A stretch of 64,000 bases of DNA from Eledone cirrhosa (lineage: Eukaryota): the NCBI GenBank assembly GCA_964016885.1, contig OZ024751.1, positions 1,240,001 to 1,304,000 of the forward strand. Reading direction: 5' to 3'. A program made the position numbers and the translations under genes. Of the stretch, positions 53,188 through 64,000 are shown in pieces (position 1 is the stretch's first letter; every line of letters begins with the position of its first letter). The notes under the pieces are model-generated. The model was not told where the DNA came from. It was given only the letters and a program-made list of their open reading frames with translations, and searched no databases.

Positions 53188-53418
53188 AGGACAATGCGTC
53201 ATGTTGAGCTCCATTATATCCTCCAGCCCCTACCCTCTCCCGCCGCCAAATTCCTTGTCACTTACAATACAAACAGCTTGGCTTGCAAGACAGGGACCTA
53301 AAAAAAAGCAGAAAAATGAACGCCATGACAAAGACAAAGACGAAGACGAAGACAAGAAAACGTACAAACGCCAAAGATAGGTAAAAATGTTTTACTTCCG
53401 GTAACCATGTCTGCATAA

Positions 53419-53482
53419 TTTTCGGTTTATTTTAAAAATAGATTTAAAGAAATAACTGCTATATCCTGCATTATAAATAAAC

Positions 53483-53524
<42 letters not shown>

Positions 53525-53599
53525 GTTTATTTACAGTTTATTTATAATGCAGGATATAGCAGTTATTTCTTTAAATCTATTTTAAAAATAAACCGAAAA
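53419..53599. repeat. Inverted repeat (~66-bp arms) centred on (TA)n
   Basis: ttttcggtttatt..tgcattataaataaacagg (ta)n cctgtttattt..tataatgca..aataaaccgaaaa. Confidence 0.85.
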
Positions 53600-53798
53600 C
53601 TATACATACATATAGATATATATACATATGTATATATACATATATACACGCACACACACATACACACACACACATATATATATATATGTGTGTGTGTGTG
53701 TATGTATATATGTATATATACATATGTATATATATATATATGTATGTATATATATATATATATACGTTTATATATATATGTATGTATATGTATATGTA

Positions 53799-53841
<43 letters not shown>

Positions 53842-54053
53842 GCTTTATGTGGTATCTTTCCCCTTCCATGTGAAATAATACTATGTAATGTTTTGACCTT
53901 CTTTTTATGCATTGTTGAGTCGAGAAATAGTGCAGAGATGGTGTGGACTGTATTGTAGGGTGCTGTAGCGTGACTCTGATCAATGTAGAATTATATGTCA
54001 TAGAAGCTGTAATATAGGTTATGTTGGTGTAGGGGTCATATGATAGATGTAGG

Positions 54054-54437
54054 TGTATTGTGTCATAGCAGTTGTAACATAGGCTATTTTTGATGTATTG
54101 TGTCATAGCAGTTGTGACATAGGCTATTTTTGATGTGTTGTGTCATAGCAGTTGTAACATAGGCTATTTTTGATGTATTGTGTCATAGCAGTTGTGACAT
54201 AGGCTATTTTTGATGTATTGTGTCATAGTAGTTGTGACATAGGCTATTTTTGATGTGTTGTGTCATAGCAGTTGTGACATAGGCTATTTTTGATGTATTG
54301 TGTCATAGCAGTTGTGACATAGGCTATTTTTGATGTATTGTGTCATAGCAGTTGTAACATAGGCTATTTTTGATGTATTGTGTCATAGTAGTTGTGACAT
54401 AGGCTATTTTTGATGTGTTGTGTCATAGCAGTTGTCA
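54054..54437. repeat. 40-bp tandem repeat, about 9.5 copies
   Basis: Unit tgtcatagcagttgtgacataggctatttttgatgtattg. Confidence 0.95.
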
Positions 54438-54758
54438 TATACCATCTATCGGTGGTATAGAGGTCTCATGACAGATGTAGTGTCATGTGTCATAGGAACT
54501 GTGATATAGGCTATTGTTGGTGTAGGGTAATGTGTAGATGTACTTTTCATAGGATATTGCGGTGTAGGTATGTTGTGGTGTAGTTGTGTTGTGGTGTGTA
54601 GAATCTCGAATGTAGGTACTTGTGAAGAAGTTATAATAGGTGCTGTGAGTAGTAGTAGCAGCAGCAGTAGTAGTAGTAGTAGTAGTATAGAGAATAAGGA
54701 GTAGTGTGTAGTGTTGTATTAAGTGTATAGATTTATATATATATATAACTTTGTGTGG

Positions 54759-54808
<50 letters not shown>

Positions 54809-55164
54809 GAGATACAACCGGTACTGGCATTGATAAATATGCTGTGTCCGTCAACCCTTATTATATATATATATATATATATAAGCTGATTGAAAGGGAA
54901 TAGAAAGAAAAAGACAAAGAGGATGAGGACATTGACAAGCAGCAACTGTTGCTTACATTGATGTTTACAGACGAAATATCCCTTGGTAAAGAAGATATAG
55001 TAAATACTGCTGTCACGAAACAAAGAAGGTACCATAACATGGGGGGAATAACGCAGCGTAAAAACATTAAAAAAAGGCCGCTGTCTTTCAGATGAATAAA
55101 TAACAAAATGTACCCAAGCAAGGCTGTCTGTAAGTAATCTACTTATATGGAGAAGTATTATGTA

Positions 55165-55277
<113 letters not shown>

Positions 55278-55287
55278 CATATATATG

Positions 55288-55323
<36 letters not shown>

Positions 55324-55371
55324 CATATATATGTATGTATATATGCATATATATATATATATATATATATA

Positions 55372-55417
<46 letters not shown>

Positions 55418-55465
55418 AGTAAAATGTAATTGATCAAAAGAAGATCTATTTTATTAATATTTGTA

Positions 55466-55555
<90 letters not shown>

Positions 55556-56274
55556 TATATATATATACATATATATATATACACACATATATATATAGTA
55601 TATATATATATTATATACTATATATATATATACACACGCGTATATACATACACACATATCTATCTATTTCCATCTATCTATCTATCTATCTATATATATA
55701 TATATATACACACATATATATATATATACATATATACATATATATACAAAAAGTTATGAAACGAAAAGAGCTGTGTGGTTACTAAAAACAAGGTTTAGGA
55801 TGGTGGTTAGGACGGAACTGGAGGAGAAAGAAGGAGTTTCCATCGTCAGCTGGAAATGTTTGCCGAACCGATGTTTCGGCGCTGAATTACAGGACATCTG
55901 TGGAGTTAGGGTGCGCCCGAGGCCTTTTATTAATCAAAAGGCCAGGTGGAAAAGGAGAGAGAAAGAGAGAAAAAAGGGGGAGAAAAAAGGAGAGAGAAAG
56001 GAAAGAGAGGGAAAGGAGGAAGAACAAGGGCAAAAAGATGAGGAGAGAGGAAGAAGGGGAAAAATAGGAAAGGAATAGGAGAAAAAAATGTGTTCAGGTC
56101 CCATCGTGGGAAGACACAGGCGAAAGAAACATGCAAATATATATATATATATAAGGCAAATATCGTATTCAATGCAAACTATCAATGTACTTTAATAAAT
56201 ATTTGATTTGAGCCTCTTGCTGTTTGTAGGTCAAACATTGATAGATAAATAATGATGATAATGATGATGATGAT

Positions 56275-56400
56275 ATTTCTACTTTAGGTACAAGGCCAGC
56301 AATTTGGGGAGAGGGGATAGCCGATTAAATCGACCGCAGTGTATTACTGGTACTTTATTTTATCGACCCCGTAATGATGAAAGGCTAAGCTAATCTCGGC
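56275..56400 (-). mobile_element. Truncated SINE (long variant)
   Basis: tactggtactttattttatcgaccccg..gatgaaaggc. Confidence 0.8.
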
Positions 56401-56464
56401 GATAATAATGATAATGATAAGAAGAAGAAAAATAAAAAGAAAAAGAAAAAGAAGAGATAAAGAA

Positions 56465-56520
<56 letters not shown>

Positions 56521-57264
56521 ATATATATATATGTATGTGTATATGTATGTATGTATATATGTGTGTGTATATATGTATATATAAATGCATATATACATAC
56601 ATGCATACATACATATACATACATTCATGCATACATATATACATAAATACACACATACATAAATGCATACAATCATACATACATACATACAAACATACAT
56701 ACATAGAAATACTTCATTTGGGCTTTTTGAATAAAGCAATTAGAAAGAGCTGCAGTAAAAACTAAGGCCGGACTAGCCAAGCTGTTTGTTTCGTCGCTTC
56801 CAGATTTGACACTAAAAATAAAGAAATTGATTGAACAACCTAAATTAATGTTTTGTCGGTGTAATATTATTGTTAAATATCAGCGACAATGAAACACCTA
56901 TTTAGTTTAAGATGATCTCAGTAACTAGATAGAGCCCGCTATTTCTTTGCTTTTCTGTGGTCACGTGTCCATCTCCTTTGCCATGCATCGTGCCAGCTGC
57001 AGTTTACATAATACTACACACACACACATGCACACACACACACGCGCAAACACACGCAAACACACATAGCGCGCGTGCACACAAACTCAAGCGCACTTTC
57101 GTACTCTCTCGCACCCTCTTTCTAACACACGCACATAAGCACATACACACACGCACACAAACAGAAGTGCATTTTCGTATTCTCTCGCTCTCTCTCTCTC
57201 TATCTCTCTCTCTCTTTTACACACATACACATATACACACAAATACACGTGCGTGGGCACAAAC

Positions 57265-57299
57265 ACACACTTTCGCACTCTTTCTCTCTCTCTCACAAC

Positions 57300-57348
<49 letters not shown>

Positions 57349-57485
57349 TCGCACTCTTTCTCTCTCTCACAACCACATACACACACACACACACACACAA
57401 TTTCGCACTCTTTCTCTCTCTCTCACAACCACATACACACACACACAAACACACACACTTTCGCACTCTTTCTCTCTCTCACAAC

Positions 57486-57505
<20 letters not shown>
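57265..57505. repeat. Compound repeat (tttcgcactctttctctctctcacaaccaca + (CA)n), 4 copies
   Basis: Direct reading. Confidence 0.85.
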
Positions 57506-57525
<20 letters not shown>

Positions 57526-57961
57526 CACATATACATATACACCTCCTCTTAAGACACTATATATCAAAGGCAAATGTCTATATACACCACAATCAATGAT
57601 ACGAATATACATGAAATCAATATTTGCTTAACAACATAAATACATTAATAAATATACAGTCGGTCTGTCTGTCTGAGTGCCTGTATGTGTGTCTGTCTGT
57701 CTGTCCGTCTGCCTGTATGTCTCTCTGAATGCCTGCGTGTCTGTCTTTTTACCTTTCCTCCTTCCTCCTAACCCCCCCCCCCACATATATACATATATAT
57801 TATATGTATATATATTAATATGCGCGCGCGCGTGTGTGTATGTGAACACTTGAGTACTTATGGTGAAAAATATCTACCAAGCACTAATTATAATTATCTT
57901 GCGGAGTGTGTCGTATGTTTTGTTGTAGGTTATATAAATACATACATATATACATACACAC

Positions 57962-58004
<43 letters not shown>

Positions 58005-58019
58005 CACACACATTCATAA

Positions 58020-58062
<43 letters not shown>

Positions 58063-58167
58063 AGTGGAAGCATAGTAAAATCGAAGCTTTGGCTGTGGCC
58101 AAGCAAAGTCGACCTACAATAGGAATGAGTAGCAAAGCACTCAATAAGGGTAGGTCCTTAGAGTAAT

Positions 58168-58357
58168 AACTGTTTCTACTTTAGGCACAAGGCCAGCAAA
58201 TTACCCAGTGTATTACTGGTACTTTATTTTATCGACCCCGTAAGGATGAAAGGCAAAGTTAACCCGGCGGGATTTGAACTCAGAATAGCAAGGGCCGTAA
58301 CTCTATGCGTCAAAGCATGGCGTCCGACTCTCTACCAATACTGCCAATCCACCGCCT
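58168..58357 (-). mobile_element. SINE with apparent target-site duplication
   Basis: Same family as 46262-46449. ccttagagtaataac occurs on both sides (about 58156 and about 58355). Confidence 0.85.
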
Positions 58358-58465
58358 TAGAGTAATAACAAACGTTTAAATAGCTTGACAAATTGAAAAT
58401 TGCGGCAGGCAAAGTCCAACCATACAATACCAAAACAAAGAAAGAACTAATCAGGTTAAAACAGA

Positions 58466-58523
<58 letters not shown>

Positions 58524-58621
58524 CAAAGAAGGTGTGGTAAGATACCAGGGGGACCATAATGCACCAGAGTACTCGATACTTAGGGTAGTAGAATGGGTAA
58601 TATGAAAAGATTCAAGACACC

Positions 58622-58699
58622 GACGGCTGAGCTCCGGCCATTTCGACAGCTAGATCTGAATTCGGAACTAGCTGTCGAAACGGCCGGAGCTCACCCGTC
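58622..58699. repeat. GC-rich 78-bp palindrome/hairpin
   Basis: 32-bp arms with 2 mismatches; the centre tctgaattcgga is also self-complementary. Confidence 0.9.
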
Positions 58700-58717
58700 A
58701 TGGTCCTGACTCTTTTC

Positions 58718-58751
<34 letters not shown>

Positions 58752-58842
58752 TTCATATATATATACAAGTGGCTGTATTAACATACATACATAACACGCT
58801 GTGTGTCGTTGAAGGGAGAGAGAGTCTCTGTGACGCATGTAA

Positions 58843-58910
<68 letters not shown>

Positions 58911-58955
58911 TCATACATACATATATATATAAATGTATATATACACATACACACA

Positions 58956-59082
58956 CACACACGTATGTATATGTGTAACAGAAATGACGTCTCCCTCACA
59001 GACACACGTATGTATATGTGTAACAGAAATGACGTCTCCCTCACAGACACACGTATGTATATGTGTAACAGAAATGACGTCT
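58956..59082. repeat. 45-bp tandem repeat, about 3 copies
   Basis: gaaatgacgtct at 58981, 59026 and 59071. Confidence 0.92.
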
Positions 59083-60339
59083 TCATATTATCTGCCTTGT
59101 CCGCATGAAATGGATTAAAAGCAGACGACAGCTTTTTTTTTTTTTTGTTATTTTTTCCAGAGGGTTGATAGTAGTTTAAAAATTATACAAGTTCAGTGTT
59201 TTAGCAAGTTGATGTTATTTTATAAGAGTTCCTCCCCGCACCCTCACGCCACCCTCTTGAAATGCTTCTAGAAATCAATATTCTATCATTAGATGTTTCT
59301 GACGCATTGCTACATTAGACTAACTCCACATAGCATTTATTCGCAGCCATTGCCCGGGAGTGAGGCGCGTTGTTTTACTGCTTCCCGATATTATTTCGCC
59401 GGTTTTACTTTATTCCGTTTACTAGGTAGAAATATGTAAAATGTAAATATCTCCTTGACTGTGTATATGTATGTATACACACACATATATATATATATGT
59501 GTGTGTGTCGTGTGTTTGTGTGCGTTATTTGTTTTCATATTACATAACTATGTAAATGTACGCATACATTTAAATGAACGTTTGTGTGTATGTGCAAATC
59601 TTTATATATACATTTATAATATCTATATCAACATAAGTATAACTACATACTCTCTCTCTCTCACACACACACACGCATTAATATATGTGTAAATAGTTGC
59701 ATGTATGAGCGTATTTGCATATATGAATATAAATAAGGCAACAACAGCAACAGCAAAATACGATTTCACATAGAAAAAGTATATGAAAGTTTCATAACCA
59801 TCACCATCAGCATCACAATCATCGTCTTGATACCCACCCCCAGCTCCACCACCACAACCATCACCACCACCATCACCCCACCACCATCACCATCACCATC
59901 ACCACCACCAGTACAACTACCATCTCTCCAACGACCCCCCCCCCCCACCGTCATGAATAAATAACTGAATATCTAATTGATTATTGAACTGTATATTTAC
60001 TGAATAAATGAATGTTTTTTCCCAAATTAATATCAAATCTATTGTATTGTTCAGTAAGAATTAGCTCTATAATATCCACGAAAATTATTTAACATTGCTA
60101 CGCCTGATTCTTCTTCGATATAAAACTTATATCAAACCAAACATTTTACGTATTTTCTGTAAATTCCTTCAGACTGACACTAATTCTTCGACGTTTATTG
60201 AACTTTACTCTCGTTATTACGTATGTGATCAGCATATCTTACACGTTTGAAATAAGTTAACGTGGCTTAAGAGAAAATCCAAATATGATAATTAAATCTA
60301 AACCTTATGTTTATATCTGAACTTCTACTCTAGTCTATT

Positions 60340-60387
<48 letters not shown>

Positions 60388-60885
60388 CATACTGAATTCA
60401 TCCGCCAAGATTAGGGGTTGTCTCCCTTATCACACCCTACGTGGGTTTTGATAACGGTCAGTCCTTAGCTTTACATAGAACTAAATGCCTGTTGAAAAAG
60501 TGACTTCCTTGTTCGATCATCATACCAAAAGCTTAACATTATTTGTTTAAGCAGACAGTACCTGATTTAGGAGTTGCAGAAACCCCATATTGGATCTTAC
60601 CACCGTTTCCAGGGGTCCGGGTATAATTTTCAATCATATTTTATTATTTGTTTTACCCGAATAGCTTGGTCGTTTCTATGGCTTTGCGGATAATGGTTTA
60701 ACCATAGTCTCAGTGTGTTTCGCCTTTTAACTTACGTTGTTGCTCTAGTTCACTAGTTTCTATGGAGCGCTTGCCACACATCTCGGAAGTTGTTTTTCGC
60801 TAATTTCCAATACCCGAAATGCGATTCTCGCTAATTTATATTTGTATATATATATATATATATATATATAAATATATATATACAT

Positions 60886-61142
60886 ATAATTGTTTCTATG
60901 TTTGGCACAAGGCCAAGTGCATTACTGGTACTTTATTTCATCAACTCTGTAAGGATGAAAGGCGGGATTTGAACTCATGCCGTAAAGGACCGTAACTCTA
61001 TGTTGCAAAGAATGTATAATGATTTCTGATTTAAGCACAAGGCAGACAATTTGAGGGGAAGGGAAAGCCGATTAAATTGACCCCCAGTGCATGACTGCTA
61101 CTTTATTTGATCGACCACGAAAGGATGAAAGGCAAAGCTAAC
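60886..61142 (-). mobile_element. Two decayed SINE copies in tandem
   Basis: The block gcacaaggc..tactttattt..aaggatgaaaggc occurs twice. Confidence 0.75.
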
Positions 61143-62246
61143 AGAAAAGGAGAGAAGAAATGACACGACATCTTGGTGCTTAAACATCAACGCTTTAAAC
61201 ACATTTCAGTATTTGAACATCAACGAATTTAAGGATCGCAGTGATGATAAGGAATATTATGATGATGATGATTATGAGGGGTAGGATGAGGACGCCGATG
61301 ATCAGGACGATGCTGCTGTTGATGATGCTACACCTAGAACCAATGTTATTTTTCATTCATAAATATATGTACTTTCATTCATAAATATATGTACTTTCAT
61401 TCGTATATATACTTTCATTCACATATATACTTTCTTATGGCTGTAAATCAAACAAACACAACGCAACTATAATCTCTGTCTATTGTTCTATATCTTTGGA
61501 ATTACGCAAATAAATAAATATATATATAAATATATAAATAAATATATAAATATATAAATAAATCAACCCGGAAAAAGAAACTCGTTTGATTCAGAATATT
61601 TAGTGAACGTAGATACAACTTCAACAATATACAATTTCAAATACTGGTTCTTTAAAACAAACACATCAGCTCCTAGCGAAGCTGGAAAGATTCTTCTCCC
61701 CTAAATCACTTTTAATAAAAAGTTTCTCTGAGAACTTTGAAGTAAATCTAAAGAAAAAGAAACAAAAACAAACAGATATGACTTTCTAAGTATCGTATCT
61801 ATATTTTCTTATATTCTGTAAATAAAAGAAAATATATTTATACAAGAGAATTGATTTAGAAATGAAACAAATGATTTTTTGAGCTTGAGATTATATCTGA
61901 AAACATCCTGCGTGCTGCTACCAAACTTAAATAGATATAGCGTTTTCACTGAAAATAGAATGTTCACATCAAAAATTTATCAAATATTCGAACCCGAAGT
62001 TACTATTTTTATAAAATACTTTTTTTTCTTTTTCTAATGGAGATCCGGAGATTGATCCTCGACATTTGGTGATGTTGTATTTTTAACTATCAAATAGAAA
62101 ACATAAAAAATATATAATATAATGAAATAAAGTAAATACCATGAAGTAAAACCAAATCCCTTGATTGTATTCTATTAATAAAGACACCGAAAATAGTTGA
62201 ATGTGAGAGAGAAGTAGAGACAGAGAGAGAAATTGAGAGAGAGAAC

Positions 62247-62337
<91 letters not shown>

Positions 62338-62680
62338 GTATGAAAATAGAACCGGTATTTGCAAGTTAAAGCTGAAATTGAAGACAAGGATCGGTTGAAC
62401 TGAAATGTACAGCAAAAGCCGCCATTACTACAGCACATTTGTTTGTTTTTTCCATCCGAAACAGTTTAGTTTATTTATAAAACAACACACAGAATTTAAA
62501 AAAAAAACATTTCGTAGGGGAATAAATGAAAATTTACTATTCCACTTTTATTCATCATATTGAAAAAAAGGAAAAAAAAGGAAAAAAAAGAAAAAAAGGG
62601 CTATTTTATTTGAAGAAATTTTTTTTCTTTGTGACTTGAAGTTTAATATGAAAGTGTTTTGAAAATGGAGAGAAAAATGA

Positions 62681-62814
<134 letters not shown>

Positions 62815-63376
62815 AAAAGTTCATTATTATTGATTACCCGTTAGTAATTAAGGGATCATTTATTCAAAAAGATAAATATTTTTGCAAAAGTACAGAGACT
62901 CATGGCCATTGGTTTTATTTTTGTTTGTTAAAAATAAAAACCAAGTTTCCGTTTCTTGATATCAAATGTATAATAGTGTTGTATGATTTAAAAGTTAGAG
63001 TATTGTTTGAGGGGAAATAAAAGAGTGGACTTGGAGGGTTCAGATTGATTAAGTATGTCTTCCAAAATCGATTATTTTCTTTTAGGAGTTATTGTATTTT
63101 GGTCATTTGGAGGAAAAAAGATTGGAAATTAAAAAGAAAAACTTGAGAAGAATTTGCAGTAAATTGAAATACGCCACTCAAAATATGGATTGAAATTCTG
63201 TGTAATCGTGGAATGGAGGAAAACACGTCGTAAGTAAAATGTCACTTGTTTTAAGGGGCAGAGTATTATTATTATTATCATCATCATTATTATTATTATT
63301 ATTATTATTATTCCTGTATTGTCCTGTACTGTCCTTAATGTCTACTTTATGTAAACCCTTGTGGTTAATAAAGAAA

Positions 63377-63432
<56 letters not shown>

Positions 63433-63434
<2 letters not shown>

Positions 63435-63665
63435 AATTGCATTTATCTTGCTTTATGTTCATACGAGTTATCACCAAGTCACAACCAGTGACCTCAAGAG
63501 ACAACAAAGTCCGCCATGTTCAAGAAAGAACATACATACACACACATGCATCTTTAGGTGTTTAGACTTGTGATGTACTTATATTGACAGAATCTTCCTT
63601 AGTATATGGGCAGTTCCCATTAGTACTATCTTTTGTATTTCTCCTATACGCGGGTTTCCTGGGAT
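63433..63665 (-). mobile_element. 3' end of Dong/R4-like element ending in (TAA)n
   Basis: Encodes IPGNPRIGEIQKIVLMGTAHILRKILSI*; homologous to 12155-12390. Confidence 0.72.
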
Positions 63666-64000
63666 CGAGGTGGTCGGCACCTTATTGAAGGAGCCAAACT
63701 TAACCCTGAAAAGTCGGTGGGCTTGCAGCTCGGAACCTGGAGAGGCAGGCCCATGCCGTCCAACAGCGTAGTGGGGTGCTGGACGGACGGACCGGTAAAG
63801 TTGCTCGGGGTTTGGTTCGGACCAGACCTCCAGGTGGAAAAGAATTGGGACGAGGTAACGAGCAGAGTAGCCAGTCTCACCCAAAAATGGGCTGGGAGGA
63901 AGCTATCACTGAAAGGTCGCGCGGAGGTGGCGAATGCGTACATCGCGTCCGTCATCTACTACCGCCTGACCGTCGTGCCTTGCCCCCGTTCGCGCCTCGT
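63665..64000 (+). mobile_element. Tx1-like ORF2 fragment running off the window
   Basis: SVGLQLGTWRGRPMP..LLGVWFGPDLQVEKNW..LSLKGRAEVANAYIASVIYYRLTVVPCP, homologous to about 29314-29655. Confidence 0.9.

Noticed and set aside
53072-53260. (CTT)n-CAG as a splice acceptor for a host exon
   Set aside because: No convincing downstream frame or donor; a simple repeat or LINE tail is more likely.
55800-55900. Hammerhead on the minus strand (ctgacga, gaaac)
   Set aside because: The core elements are not in a foldable order with a cleavage triplet.

Overview
Eukaryotic, AT-rich and microsatellite-dense DNA. The repeat repertoire suggests an octopus or other cephalopod, which is an inference. I can support no host gene, and nearly all short ORFs in the track are simple-repeat artefacts. 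The window is mostly retroelements. (1) A Penelope-like element (PLE) has an uninterrupted RT + GIY-YIG ORF between apparently perfect 295-bp inverted pseudo-LTRs, each carrying a hammerhead ribozyme motif (1213-4764). (2) A full-length, intact two-ORF Tx1/L1-clade LINE is followed by three independently 5'-truncated relatives, all head-to-tail inside one (TATC)n microsatellite (25118-34001). This points to an active (TATC)n/(GATA)n-specific retrotransposon and is the most striking observation. (3) Related Tx1-like copies with the same 3' terminus sit in (ATT)n instead, alongside Dong/R4-like 3' ends and an ATT-tailed SINE. (4) Also present are decayed RTE-type LINEs, a non-autonomous Helitron, a foldback element, several palindromes that look like minimal PLE/hammerhead ends, and large 19-, 30-, 36- and 40-bp minisatellites. 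Coordinates were read by eye and may be off by a few bases. Family assignments rest on recalled motifs, not on database searches.
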